IMG/VR virus record: IMGVR_UViG_3300043415_000099
Coordinates: 1-43,882 of that record
Source of the DNA: a virus
Taxonomy: Duplodnaviria > Caudoviricetes
DNA: 43,882 nucleotides
Direction: 5' to 3' (one strand)
In this document: positions 25,053 to 34,233 of the stretch, one piece after another
Numbering within the stretch: position 1 is the first letter of the stretch
How the letters are laid out: each line of letters begins with the position of its first letter
Translations under genes and position numbers: made by a program
Notes under the pieces: generated by a model
What the model was told of the DNA's origin: nothing
Databases searched by the model: none
Seen by the model: the letters and a program-made list of their open reading frames with translations, nothing else

Positions 25053-25297
25053 AGGCTGAAAAGGAAAAAGGTTAGTGCTGCCGCCATTGCCCAGAGGATC
25101 AATCCTCCGATGATGATCTTGACGAGGTCGGCTCGTGCCTGTGCTTTCTCGGCTGCAACCTTCCGCAGGCGGATGCGCCTCGGTGACTTGTTGGCTACAT
25201 CGAGCCAGAGCTTGCATTGGAAGTCGTGGATGCGGTCAATCACGACCGGCGAAGGGTAGCGGCCTTGGCTCGCTTTGGATGGTGGTAGGATGATCAT
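25049..25297 (-). CDS. Hypothetical protein with C-terminal TM helix
   Basis: IIIGGLILWAMAAALTFFLFSL. Confidence 0.6.
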   Translation of the reverse strand: MIILPPSKASQGRYPSPVVIDRIHDFQCKLWLDVANKSPRRIRLRKVAAEKAQARADLVKIIIGGLILWAMAAALTFFLFSL

Positions 25298-25315
25298 GGT
25301 CGTTTGATGGGTTGA

Positions 25316-25510
25316 TTAAAATGAGAGTTGGCGGCGATTGATGAACTCAGCTTGACCGCGAAGGCGTGGCGTCACTTGGGAAAGTAGAGCCTCCACTGTT
25401 TCACTGTGGCGATTTCCCCAGACAGCCGGAGCTTTACCTTTGATGATGATGCGGGCGGCGGTGCCGACTTCGATGTTGAGATTGGCAGCGATGTTGTGAA
25501 GAGTAGTCAT
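25316..25510 (-). CDS. Hypothetical protein
   Basis: First ORF behind operator O5. Confidence 0.6.
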   Translation of the reverse strand: MTTLHNIAANLNIEVGTAARIIIKGKAPAVWGNRHSETVEALLSQVTPRLRGQAEFINRRQLSF

Positions 25511-25559
25511 GATTTTTTGTGGTGAGGTGTTGTCTTGATGACCCTGACCCTTTCCACAT

Positions 25560-25577
25560 CATTGCAGAGATGCAAGC
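25560..25577. promoter_or_regulatory. Operator/early promoter O5 CATTGCA-GAGA-TGCAAGC
   Basis: Intergenic palindrome copy with an AT-rich upstream tract. Confidence 0.72.
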
Positions 25578-25601
25578 GCTATTTTAGAAATATTTCAAAA
25601 T

Positions 25602-25634
25602 AAAAAAAGCCCCAGTGATTTCTCACTGAGGCTT
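25602..25634 (-). terminator. Intrinsic terminator after the xis-like gene
   Basis: Minus strand AAGCCTCAGTGA...TCACTGGGGC-TTTTTTT. Confidence 0.8.
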
Positions 25635-25640
25635 AATGTT

Positions 25641-25847
25641 TTAGCGGTTCATCGTCCGCTTCGTCTCCCACTCTTCAATGCCGTCAAGAGGGTAAAGAAC
25701 GCGCCCACCAATCTTGATGTATCTCGGCCCATTCTTCCGGCTTCGCCATGTTGCGAGGGTCACTAGCGTGATGCTCTTTTGCCAGCGGTCAATCAGGGCC
25801 TGCGGAGTGAGCAGCCGAGACTCATTCGGTAAACGGTGAGCTGTCAT
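25641..25847 (-). CDS. Excisionase/AlpA-like HTH protein
   Basis: LLTPQAL..RW, TLATWR and GPRYIKIGGRVLYP...IEEWE. Confidence 0.8.
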   Translation of the reverse strand: MTAHRLPNESRLLTPQALIDRWQKSITLVTLATWRSRKNGPRYIKIGGRVLYPLDGIEEWETKRTMNR

Positions 25848-26823
25848 CGTGGTCCTCCTGATTCGTTGGTTGTTGTGTGAGCGCTGCCGTCGCTGCCTCA
25901 GTCATCTCTGACGTGTCACTGGCTGAGGCGATCTCGCGTTGTTTATCGTAACCGGCTGCGGAGGCCTTCAGCGCTGGCAGCTCGGCACCTAAGGCCTGAC
26001 GTGCCTGCGGTGTGATGGCTTTCCATGCGGCCTCCAGTGCCTTCATGCCCTGCTCACAGGTATTGGCGAGCATGGCTCGGCAGCGCTCCAGATCCTTATT
26101 GACCGGCGTGCCACCGTCGATCCATGCGCGGACTGCTTCACCGTCCTGCACGCCGATGTAATTGTTACCACGGCCAAGGTAGGGCATCAGCGCGGCTGGA
26201 CATTTCATGACGTCCTGACGCTTCCCGCACTCGTCCATCATGAGGCTGGCGGTCATTTCAAACATGAAGTTTTTTTCCTGCACAGGCTGAATGCCCTGCG
26301 GGATGAAAACCGTCTTGCCCTGCCCGTCTCGGTCGATCTTGGTTTTTTCGCGAGCGCGGACGCAGACCACGATATGCATGGATGATTGCAGGAGCACGTC
26401 CATGAAGCGCTTATGCTCGCGCTTTGCTTTGTTCCAGCGTCCAGGCTTACCAGGTGCAACGCCATCGTTTGCGATGTCGTCACATCCGCCGATGCCTTCC
26501 CACTCGTGAGTGACTGAATCAATCACGAGCACGTCAACGCCAGCCGCTTCAAACTGCTTGATAGCCTCAGCATAGCGCGCCGGTGAAAACGGTGCGCCCA
26601 TGTCGGCAATGAGGAATTGCGCCTTGTTCGGCAGGATGTCAGCATAAAGCCTGCCGCGCCGGTTCTCGGTGTCGAGAAAGCCTAGCTTGGCGGCGTTGCA
26701 TTTAGCCAGCCCGTAGCCGTAGAGAATGGCTGAGTATGTTTTGCCTGAGCCGGAGACTCCAGCGAAGGCGGTGACTGTCTTGGCTCCCTCGCGGGATGCG
26801 GTTTCAATTTTGAGGAATGACAT
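25822..26823 (-). CDS. Sak4-like AAA ATPase (single-strand annealing recombinase)
   Basis: GVSGSGKT, LDTEN and LVIDSVTHEW; same operon as the RecE-like nuclease. Confidence 0.8.
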   Translation of the reverse strand: MSFLKIETASREGAKTVTAFAGVSGSGKTYSAILYGYGLAKCNAAKLGFLDTENRRGRLYADILPNKAQFLIADMGAPFSPARYAEAIKQFEAAGVDVLVIDSVTHEWEGIGGCDDIANDGVAPGKPGRWNKAKREHKRFMDVLLQSSMHIVVCVRAREKTKIDRDGQGKTVFIPQGIQPVQEKNFMFEMTASLMMDECGKRQDVMKCPAALMPYLGRGNNYIGVQDGEAVRAWIDGGTPVNKDLERCRAMLANTCEQGMKALEAAWKAITPQARQALGAELPALKASAAGYDKQREIASASDTSEMTEAATAALTQQPTNQEDHDDSSPFTE

Positions 26824-26846
26824 GATCTTTGTGTGTGTGGGGTTGA

Positions 26847-27314
26847 TTAGTTGATACGGGCCAGTGTCGCGTCGAGCTTTTTCACGGCTTCGGGATTATC
26901 AAGCAGCGCTTTGACACGATCTCCAGCAGTGCTCATGCTTTCGCGGATGTGGCGCTTTACGGCAACGGCGTCAAAGCTTCTAAGCGTCGGCGCAGTTCTG
27001 TATGCTATTCGAAGTTTTTCCAGATTTGGCGAAAGTGTATGAAGCACATAATGAACCTCTGCCGATCCGCCCCAGCATTTACTTTCAATGGTGAACTTTT
27101 CAGGATGTGCCTTTAGTTCTGCCATCAGTGCGGCGTCAAACTTTTGCTTTGCGGCCCGCTCCTCATCTTTAAGCCGTTGCGATTCCTCCTCGTGCTTAAC
27201 CCTAGCTCTCTCAAGCATCGCGTTGATAATATCCTCCTTGCGCGGTGGCGGCGTCATGGCTGGAAGACTGATAGCGGATGGTTTCACGAGTGCGAGTTTG
27301 TTGCTTTTTTTCAT
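26847..27314 (-). CDS. Hypothetical protein
   Basis: Start placed at MKKSN (ACACTATG context), clear of the upstream gene. Confidence 0.65.
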   Translation of the reverse strand: MKKSNKLALVKPSAISLPAMTPPPRKEDIINAMLERARVKHEEESQRLKDEERAAKQKFDAALMAELKAHPEKFTIESKCWGGSAEVHYVLHTLSPNLEKLRIAYRTAPTLRSFDAVAVKRHIRESMSTAGDRVKALLDNPEAVKKLDATLARIN

Positions 27315-27334
27315 AGTGTATTCTGTGGGGTTTC

Positions 27335-28423
27335 TTAGTTGAGTTTGGTTGTTTGGTTCTCGATCCACGTGGCGAACTTCGTCACCTGTGCCTGAATCAA
27401 GTCTTGAATCTCACGGCCTGCGGAGGTTGTGAGATTGGGTATCTCAAGAGCGCGGACAGCGGCAGCGAAGGCAATCAGCTTCTCACGATCAGGAGCGGCG
27501 GCGGCAGCTCGTGCGGCTGCTTCCTGCTCGGCCTTGGCTCGTGCTTCTGCTTCCTGCTTGGCGCGGATCTCGGCTTCGAGCTTCTCGCGTGCTTCCCGTT
27601 CGGCTTTGGCCTTTGCCTCGGCTGCTTCACGCTCGGCTCGTGCCTTGGCTTCGATGGCCTCGCGTTCCTTCCGAGTCTCCTCGGCGATCCTGCGGGCCTC
27701 AGCCTGTGCGGCTTCCCGTTCGGCTTTGGCTGCAATCTCAGCGGCCTCACGTTCGGCTTTCAGGCGCTCATTCTCGGCACGAATGCGCTCACGCTCGGCG
27801 GCGGCTTCGGCTTCGCGTTTGGCGCGTTCCTCGGCCTCCAGTCGCTCGCGTTCGATACGTTCGGCCTCGGCTTTGCGTGCTACTTCCTGCCGTGCGGCGT
27901 AGCCTAGCCGGTTGGTTTCTAAGAGCACGTTGAATGTGGTTTCATCCATCTCACCGAGCTGATAGAGGCTCACATCCGTGAACGGCCTGAGAGCTTCTTC
28001 ACGTTGTGCCTTGATGCGTGCTTTCCGCTCTTCCTCGATGCGCTGAATGAACTGCTCTTGCTCTAGCAAGTGCTTTTCCAGCGGCTCCACGGCATAGGCC
28101 AGCATGTTGTAGATGCCGTCGATGGCCTTGCCCTTCTTGAGACTGTCCTCTTTCAACGCCTTGCGGGTCTTCTCGGCATTGATGCGGATCTCACGGAGAG
28201 CCAAGCGGGTTTCACGCGCCAGCTTCATTTCACGGAACTGGTCGGGCCTCGTGATCTGGATGGACAGCGCTTTAGAGCGCCATTCATCGGCAGCGGTGAA
28301 ATACTCCTCAAAGGCTGAGCGGAGAGATTGAGCCGTGTCCGGTGTCAATACCTCGTCCAGTTTCAGGACGAGCGGTTGAAGTTGACCGGCAGGCGGCAGG
28401 ATTTCTAGGGTGGTGGTTTCCAT
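27335..28423 (-). CDS. Coiled-coil protein (E/A/R/K-rich)
   Basis: RINAEKTRKALKE...IDG followed by a long charged helix. Confidence 0.8.
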   Translation of the reverse strand: METTTLEILPPAGQLQPLVLKLDEVLTPDTAQSLRSAFEEYFTAADEWRSKALSIQITRPDQFREMKLARETRLALREIRINAEKTRKALKEDSLKKGKAIDGIYNMLAYAVEPLEKHLLEQEQFIQRIEEERKARIKAQREEALRPFTDVSLYQLGEMDETTFNVLLETNRLGYAARQEVARKAEAERIERERLEAEERAKREAEAAAERERIRAENERLKAEREAAEIAAKAEREAAQAEARRIAEETRKEREAIEAKARAEREAAEAKAKAEREAREKLEAEIRAKQEAEARAKAEQEAAARAAAAAPDREKLIAFAAAVRALEIPNLTTSAGREIQDLIQAQVTKFATWIENQTTKLN

Positions 28424-28450
28424 AGTGTGGGTGTGGGTTGGTTGTGAGAA

Positions 28451-28735
28451 TTAAGCAGCGAGAGCGACAGCGCGTTTCAAGCGGAGCCGGTTCTTTTTCG
28501 AGATGCGAATGCGCTTGATTGGCTGCCCATTTTCGTCAATGCGGCGATATGAGAATGTAAAGCAGTCTTGTTTCGGCTGTCCTGGCGCTGTTTGAAAAAC
28601 TCTGACAGCGTTTGGTGTTAGCCGGTAGCGGCGTCCGTCACTGGCGGTCACGGTGTAACTTGGCAGTCTCGGAGACATTGGGTTGATCATTGGTGGACGG
28701 CCAAGGCGTGGAGCTGGTGTGATATTGGTATTCAT
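28451..28735 (-). CDS. Basic hypothetical protein
   Basis: 94 aa, ending in VALAA. Confidence 0.6.
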   Translation of the reverse strand: MNTNITPAPRLGRPPMINPMSPRLPSYTVTASDGRRYRLTPNAVRVFQTAPGQPKQDCFTFSYRRIDENGQPIKRIRISKKNRLRLKRAVALAA

Positions 28736-28768
28736 GATGTGGGTTTTCTGTATGTTTTTTGTTTTCGG

Positions 28769-29647
28769 TTACGCCGCTTTAGGCATGGCCCAAGCTGGCA
28801 AATTCAATTCAGCTGGCACGTCGCCTAGCCCTGGCCAGATTCCGGACGCTTCGCACTTGGCGAACATCTCAAGATCTTCACGGAGTTGTGATCGGCCAAA
28901 GTCGATCATGGACGGACTGGCAACGTAGGCGCGGCAGAGGTAAGGCGCTTCGGACTCTTGAGCGATGAAGATAAATGCCTTTGGCTTCTCTCCGCTCACG
29001 GCCTCCCAGCCGTCGAGATACATCGCGGCCTGCCGGTAGTAGCCGTAATTCCATGCAGCACGCTGGAAAGCTTCTTCGCTCGCGTCCTGGCATGTCTTCG
29101 GATCAATGATCAGGCCATCGGCGCGGATGATGTCGGGCCTTGCTCGGCATTTCACGCCGGTTGCAGAGTCCTGCCAGAATAGGCTGGCCTCGGTGTAGAG
29201 CCGTGCGCTCTCGATGGCGTTGCGGCAGGCGAGATTTTTCATCATTGCCTCGCGCATTGCGTGGCATTTTGCGATTTCCTCAGAGTCCACGATGATCTTG
29301 CCGCTGTTGCTGGCATTGAAAGTGTCCCAAAAGTGAATGGCTTCCAGCGTTTCTAGGCTTGGCTTTTTAGCGTTAAGCTGAATGCTACTCGGACGACGTG
29401 GCGCGTCGGCTGGAACCGTTGCATAAAGTTTCGGCAGTAGTTCCGGCTCTAGGATGACGGTGTGATACAGACTGCCAAAGAGCAGCGCCGGTGATTTAGT
29501 CTCACTGGGGTTCTTTCGCTTCCAGTCGTAGTAGGCTGGAGCCTTGCGGAAGTCGTCGAGACCGTGTTTCGAGACGGCCTCGTGGCGGTGGTAGATGCTG
29601 GCTTCAAGGTCACGAATGACCGATGGGTATGTTGTGGGGGTATTCAT
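28769..29647 (-). CDS. RecE/exonuclease VIII-like PD-(D/E)XK nuclease (DUF3799-like)
   Basis: YH...VSKHGL, FGSLYH, KCRARPD, IIDPKT and YYRQAAMY. Confidence 0.88.
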   Translation of the reverse strand: MNTPTTYPSVIRDLEASIYHRHEAVSKHGLDDFRKAPAYYDWKRKNPSETKSPALLFGSLYHTVILEPELLPKLYATVPADAPRRPSSIQLNAKKPSLETLEAIHFWDTFNASNSGKIIVDSEEIAKCHAMREAMMKNLACRNAIESARLYTEASLFWQDSATGVKCRARPDIIRADGLIIDPKTCQDASEEAFQRAAWNYGYYRQAAMYLDGWEAVSGEKPKAFIFIAQESEAPYLCRAYVASPSMIDFGRSQLREDLEMFAKCEASGIWPGLGDVPAELNLPAWAMPKAA

Positions 29648-29687
29648 AGTGTGTTGCCTCGTGTTGAGGCTTCACAAGAAAAGCCAT

Positions 29688-29705
29688 GCTTGCACATTTG
29701 CAAGC
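29688..29705. promoter_or_regulatory. Operator/early promoter O6 GCTTGCA-CATT-TGCAAGC (perfect palindrome)
   Basis: Lies at the head of the early region. Confidence 0.8.
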
Positions 29706-29768
29706 GAAAGCTTGCTATAAATTGCGCGTCTGTGCCGCGATTATATACGGCTGTCAGATTGAAACGGT

Positions 29769-30791
29769 TCAGGCCCCTTCGCCCTGCACAGTCATGGACC
29801 AGCCTCGCGAATCAATACGGTGCTGCACGCTCTTCACGAGCCATTCACCGTCAACGCCTTCACGGATACCAGAGAGTTGGATCTTGCCACCGGCCACAAT
29901 GTCGAGCCGCCCAGGCAAAGAGATTTCAAACTCTCGTGATGATCTGGCAATGCGCTTGGCTGTTGTTTTTGCAACGGCTTTAGCCTGCGGTTCATCGGCT
30001 GCGGTGGTCGGTGGCGTGAATGTGCTCTCGCTGGATGCTAGCCAAGCCACATCGGTGGTGAGCTGAGGCATCGAGGCCGATGGCTGAACTTCAGCTTCGA
30101 CTTCGTTTGTGTCGCCAGTTTCGTAGTCGTGATATTTCACCTTAACCTTTTTAAACGACTGGCCTTTACCGCCAGCTTTTACCCTCCAGCGTGATAGCTC
30201 TGAGCGGTTTAATGTGACTTTTAATTGAGCGCCTGCGGTGCCTTGGCCTGTGCCTTCACTTGCCACGATCAATCTGCCATCGGCAAATTTCAGGAAGCCA
30301 CCGTGCCGCCTTACCAAGCGTAACAAAAAGTTGGTGTCTGACTCATCCACCTGCTGTTCATTCGTGATCTGCACAGATGCCAGAGCCGTATCAATCGCGG
30401 CAGTTGAGCTGAGTGTTCCGGCGATAGATTTCACGATGTCGCCGAGGGTGGTGTCTTCCCACGACTTCGAGCGACGTGCGGCAATGCTGCCAGACTGTGC
30501 CACAGGTGCGGCGGTTGCGGAGATGGTGAGTTGGTCAGGCGGTCCGCTCATCTCAGAACTTTCGACGGTGTAGCTGCCAACGCGTTGGAGCTGTCCGCCG
30601 TAGCCTGCCGAGAGCTCAATCTTTGCGCCAGACTTCGGCACGGCGAGAAGGCTGTCCGAGTCTTGCAGTGTGATGCTAAGTACGTCGCTATTCTCGTCCA
30701 CGGCGTCAGTCCATTCAATGACGCCAGCGCGGCCTGTGACATCGGCGGTGATGTCATTGCCTGAGACGGTGAGCTGATAGGATGGCGTCAC
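29769..30791 (-). CDS. Baseplate hub, P2 gpD-like
   Basis: QVDESDTNFLLRL and W.VKSVQHRIDSRG; follows gpX. Confidence 0.88.
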   Translation of the reverse strand: MTPSYQLTVSGNDITADVTGRAGVIEWTDAVDENSDVLSITLQDSDSLLAVPKSGAKIELSAGYGGQLQRVGSYTVESSEMSGPPDQLTISATAAPVAQSGSIAARRSKSWEDTTLGDIVKSIAGTLSSTAAIDTALASVQITNEQQVDESDTNFLLRLVRRHGGFLKFADGRLIVASEGTGQGTAGAQLKVTLNRSELSRWRVKAGGKGQSFKKVKVKYHDYETGDTNEVEAEVQPSASMPQLTTDVAWLASSESTFTPPTTAADEPQAKAVAKTTAKRIARSSREFEISLPGRLDIVAGGKIQLSGIREGVDGEWLVKSVQHRIDSRGWSMTVQGEGA

Positions 30792-31000
30792 GAGAATAGC
30801 TGAAGGCGTTTGGTTGGCTCGCTCGTCGGTGCATCCGGCATGGTGATCGTCAAGCCTGTTGGTAAAACCGGCCCATAATCAGCAAGCCCACGGTTAGCCT
30901 CGAGCACGGCCTCAAGCAGCCCGTTGTCTTGGCTGCCGTAATAGCGCCAGACTACTTCGTCGAGCACGTCGTTTTCGCGGGTGTTGTAGGTTGCTGGCAT
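30788..31000 (-). CDS. P2 gpX-like tail protein (LysM-like)
   Basis: DVLDEVVWRYYG, VLEANRGLA and LPTGLTITMP. Confidence 0.9.
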   Translation of the reverse strand: MPATYNTRENDVLDEVVWRYYGSQDNGLLEAVLEANRGLADYGPVLPTGLTITMPDAPTSEPTKRLQLFS

Positions 31001-31446
31001 CAGGCGAAGAGCTGCGGGATTTTCTTGATGGCGCTCACGGCGGACTTCAGAGCCGTGATCGAGTCGGCATAGCGTTTCAGGCCGACCGTGAATGTCATGC
31101 GACGCGGTGAGCCGTCCGAGAAATGAACATCTTCGCTGTGCTCAACGGACTCAAGCACCCAGAGCCCGAGAAAGAATCCCGTACCACTCACAAGCGGCAG
31201 AGGAAGCCCAAGGTCGCCGAGTAGCCGTAAAGCTTCAACGGTTAAGCGTCCGCCTGTAAAGCCTGGCACCATCATGCCTTTGAGGCTGATTTTGTCGGCA
31301 GTGCGGCCTGTGAACTGCATTGCAGGCGTGGTGCCGATAAGATCTTGTTCTGGCCAATTCCAGCCGGTCTGGCGCATCAGCTCTTGGTAAGGTGTGGTGG
31401 CGATCTCAAACGAGTAGCCACCGAGGTTCATCATGACTCCGCTCAT
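31000..31446 (-). CDS. P2 gpU-like tail tube initiator
   Basis: MMNLGGYSF, QFTG, LVSGTG..LGLWV and FTVGLKRY. Confidence 0.9.
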   Translation of the reverse strand: MSGVMMNLGGYSFEIATTPYQELMRQTGWNWPEQDLIGTTPAMQFTGRTADKISLKGMMVPGFTGGRLTVEALRLLGDLGLPLPLVSGTGFFLGLWVLESVEHSEDVHFSDGSPRRMTFTVGLKRYADSITALKSAVSAIKKIPQLFA

Positions 31447-33311
31447 TGTGGTACAAGGGTTCCGGTTGTGTCGTAGAGCTTCATGGATTTGAGCGCCGAC
31501 TTGATTGCGCCACCAACGGCGGCAGGATCAGCAGACGGAGCGGTGACGTTGATTTGGAAGTCCTGTTTGACGTTGTTGGTTGCGCCTGCGGCTGGCATAT
31601 TCTCGGCCGGCATGATCGAACGCATCAAGTCGGTCTTCATCGACTCCGTGCTTTTAAATGGCACGATGGCATCGACCGCGCCTTTCTGAGCCTGCGGCGT
31701 GCCGTCGATGTTGTACTTGTCGAGACCAAAGAACTTGCCGACCTTTGAGTCTGCGAACCACGCGCCAATCTCGCGCAGTGCATCGAGTAGCGGGTTAATT
31801 GCCGAGTCGATAAGATCAATGATCTCATCCTTGAACGTGTAGATGACGGCACCGACAGCGATGATTCCAGCCGCTAGCAATCCCCACGGCCCGACTGCGG
31901 CCCAGGTAGCTACTGACAGGGATTTCATGGTCGTGCCGAGTGTTGCAAGGCCAGTGATAACCGACGGCCCAATAAGTGCACCAATGTTGAATACAAGAGA
32001 ACTAACAGCAAAGCCGAGCTGTGTCACGCTCGCGATTGTCGGCAATAGAGTCACCGCGCCGATGGCAATGCCAAGGTTCTTCCATCCGCCTGCAAAGTTT
32101 TTGACCGATACGACGACGGCTTTGGCCTCGATGGCGAACTCTTTTAGCGAGATGAATGCATCTTTGATGGCTGTACCGGTCTGCTTTGCCCAAGTCTGAA
32201 GCCGTCCATCAGCGGCAGCTTTATTCAGCTCCTCAAGGATGCCTCCGACTTCGGTTTTCATCCAGTCGAATAAGCCAGCGGCCATGACGGACGAAGTGAA
32301 ACGAGTCCACTGGTCGCCCATGTTTGACATCATGCCCGCCCACGTCTTTGACTGGGCCTCCATGGCTCCGGCGTACTTCTCGTTCCAGATGGCGGTGAGA
32401 GTTGAGCGGATTAGCTCACGGTTGCCAGCGTCCACGGCTTTCTGACGCTGCTTTCCAGCGCGATCTGTGTAGCTGTAAATGATCTGTCCGCCCTGCTTAG
32501 CGGCTTTGATGCCGAACTCCTTCAGCCGTTCATTTTCGCCGGTGACAGCGTCGGCAATGGCTTCGACAGCAGACATCACATCTTTGCCCATACTGGCGGC
32601 AGTGTCTCCGAGCGTGCGGAGAGTGTCGCCTTTGATTGGATCGATGCCATAAGCGCGGAGGCGGACAAAGGCCTCTGATACCTGCTTAATGTCGTAAGGT
32701 GTCGTTGCTGCAAACTCGGAAATCCAGCCAAACGCCTGCTTGGCTTTGGTGACGTTGCCGCCTTCAAGCGTTGTCAGGATCGTTTGCAGCCGTTCGAATT
32801 CGGCAGCGGTATCGACAAACTGCGTCTTGAAAAGGTAGCCGGTGACAGCGCCAAGAGCCGTGAGCTTTGTTGTTAAGCCCATGACCTGCCCTCGCACGTT
32901 AGCGAATGCGGAGCCGACTCCGGTCGCGGATGCACGAATGCGGTTCATGGACGCGCCGACGCGTGTCAATGATGCCAGTTTGGCTTCGCTGCTTGAGATA
33001 GCTGAGGCTAACCGTGCCTGTTCGCTCGTGAGCCTGGACGTGTCAACGCCAGCCGCTTTTAGTGCAGTCGATAGCTTTTCAATCTGCGCTGAGTAACGAG
33101 CTGTAGCGGCTGCATTGCCTTTGGCTTTGGCCTCCGCAAGTTTACCCTGTGCGGCTTGCAGCCTTGTAATATCGGCAGACTGCCGCTTGATCTTTGCGAG
33201 CGAGCTGCCGAGGCTGTTAATCTGTTTACCGACACGGCCAAAAACCGAGCCGACGCTCGACGCCATTGTTGCGCCGATTTGAACGGTTGCGGAGATATTA
33301 CGGTTAGCCAT
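31443..33311 (-). CDS. Tape measure protein
   Basis: 622 aa, Ala-rich and helical, with FAATTPY and GENERLKEFGI; follows the chaperone gene. Confidence 0.9.
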   Translation of the reverse strand: MANRNISATVQIGATMASSVGSVFGRVGKQINSLGSSLAKIKRQSADITRLQAAQGKLAEAKAKGNAAATARYSAQIEKLSTALKAAGVDTSRLTSEQARLASAISSSEAKLASLTRVGASMNRIRASATGVGSAFANVRGQVMGLTTKLTALGAVTGYLFKTQFVDTAAEFERLQTILTTLEGGNVTKAKQAFGWISEFAATTPYDIKQVSEAFVRLRAYGIDPIKGDTLRTLGDTAASMGKDVMSAVEAIADAVTGENERLKEFGIKAAKQGGQIIYSYTDRAGKQRQKAVDAGNRELIRSTLTAIWNEKYAGAMEAQSKTWAGMMSNMGDQWTRFTSSVMAAGLFDWMKTEVGGILEELNKAAADGRLQTWAKQTGTAIKDAFISLKEFAIEAKAVVVSVKNFAGGWKNLGIAIGAVTLLPTIASVTQLGFAVSSLVFNIGALIGPSVITGLATLGTTMKSLSVATWAAVGPWGLLAAGIIAVGAVIYTFKDEIIDLIDSAINPLLDALREIGAWFADSKVGKFFGLDKYNIDGTPQAQKGAVDAIVPFKSTESMKTDLMRSIMPAENMPAAGATNNVKQDFQINVTAPSADPAAVGGAIKSALKSMKLYDTTGTLVPQ

Positions 33312-33453
33312 TACGTTTCGGAGTTGGTATGGATGTCACCCACTCGACGAACTCGTCCGTGGGCATTGCGTCAATCTCAGAAAGAGGCCAGCCCGTATAA
33401 TTCGCGAGCGCGAGAGTGGCCCTTATGGCGTCGTCTCGCTCAAGCCAAAAAAA
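33304..33453 (-). CDS. GpE'-like extension reached by -1 frameshift
   Basis: The -1 frame after GGTTTTTTTGG reads WLERDDAIRATLALANYTGWPLSEIDAMPTDEFVEWVTSIPTPKRNG*. Confidence 0.8.
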   Translation of the reverse strand, partial: FFWLERDDAIRATLALANYTGWPLSEIDAMPTDEFVEWVTSIPTPKRNG

Positions 33454-33683
33454 CCAGCCAGTGCTTTCTGAACCTTCACAAAGTCGGCCATGTCGAGAGA
33501 TTCCACGGCCTCGGTCGTGACCTGTGCAAGGTTTGCAATCAGGTTGATTTCCTGCGTTGCGTCGTCCTTGCCACCGGTGACACGAGCCACGCGCATGTCT
33601 TTCACTGTCGGACGGCGGAGAGTGATCTCATTAACCTTGGCACCGTCAACGGTAATTGGGAATGCGAGTTTGATCTTGGTCAT
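33423..33683 (-). CDS. Tail assembly chaperone (P2 gpE-like)
   Basis: ITLRRPTVKD...LDMADF; lies between tube and tape measure. Confidence 0.88.
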   Translation of the reverse strand: MTKIKLAFPITVDGAKVNEITLRRPTVKDMRVARVTGGKDDATQEINLIANLAQVTTEAVESLDMADFVKVQKALAGFFGLSETTP

Positions 33684-33695
33684 GATGTCAGAGAA

Positions 33696-34205
33696 TTACA
33701 GGCCAATCGCTGCACGCTGTGCGGCAAGGCGGTCGTTGCCATTCACGATGCGCTTCATGTTAAGCACGTCGATGTCATGGATGCGTACGCCATCGACATC
33801 GTAAGCGAACTCACGCACGTCCATGGTCAGAGTGATGCCAGCCTTTGCGCCAGGTGTCACGGTGTCCCATTCGATTGAGCGGATGGTGCCACGCTGCGTG
33901 AAGACTTCGGCCTTTACTGCGCCGTCAAGGTCTTCAAGAGCGCCACGCACGATCAGCGCGAAGGTTTGACCGGCTCCAACGCCCCAGAGGCGAAGAGCTT
34001 CAGAAGCGATCTTGCTGAGCTTGAATGAGGCTTCCAGCTTCTCCATGCCCATGTCGAGTGCGATGCTGGAGTCCATACCGCCTGCGCGGAAGTCCTCGAC
34101 CTGCACGGTCAATGCGGGTGGCGTGTATTCGTCAACGTTTCCGGCAAAGCCGAAACCGTCGAGGAACAGATTGAAGTTTTTGCGGATTTGAGCGGCTGCG
34201 GCCAT
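33696..34205 (-). CDS. Tail tube protein (P2 FII-like)
   Basis: NFNLFLDG, FRAGGMD and IDVLNMKRIVNG. Confidence 0.92.
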   Translation of the reverse strand: MAAAAQIRKNFNLFLDGFGFAGNVDEYTPPALTVQVEDFRAGGMDSSIALDMGMEKLEASFKLSKIASEALRLWGVGAGQTFALIVRGALEDLDGAVKAEVFTQRGTIRSIEWDTVTPGAKAGITLTMDVREFAYDVDGVRIHDIDVLNMKRIVNGNDRLAAQRAAIGL

Positions 34206-34233
34206 GGTCGTTTATGAATTGAAGGGTTGAAGA

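Noticed and set aside
27353-27933. Long plus-strand ORFs here and at 3501-4082, 34868-35680 and 36733-37386
   Set aside because: They are antisense shadows of well-supported minus-strand genes in GC-rich or low-complexity sequence, with no recognisable motifs.
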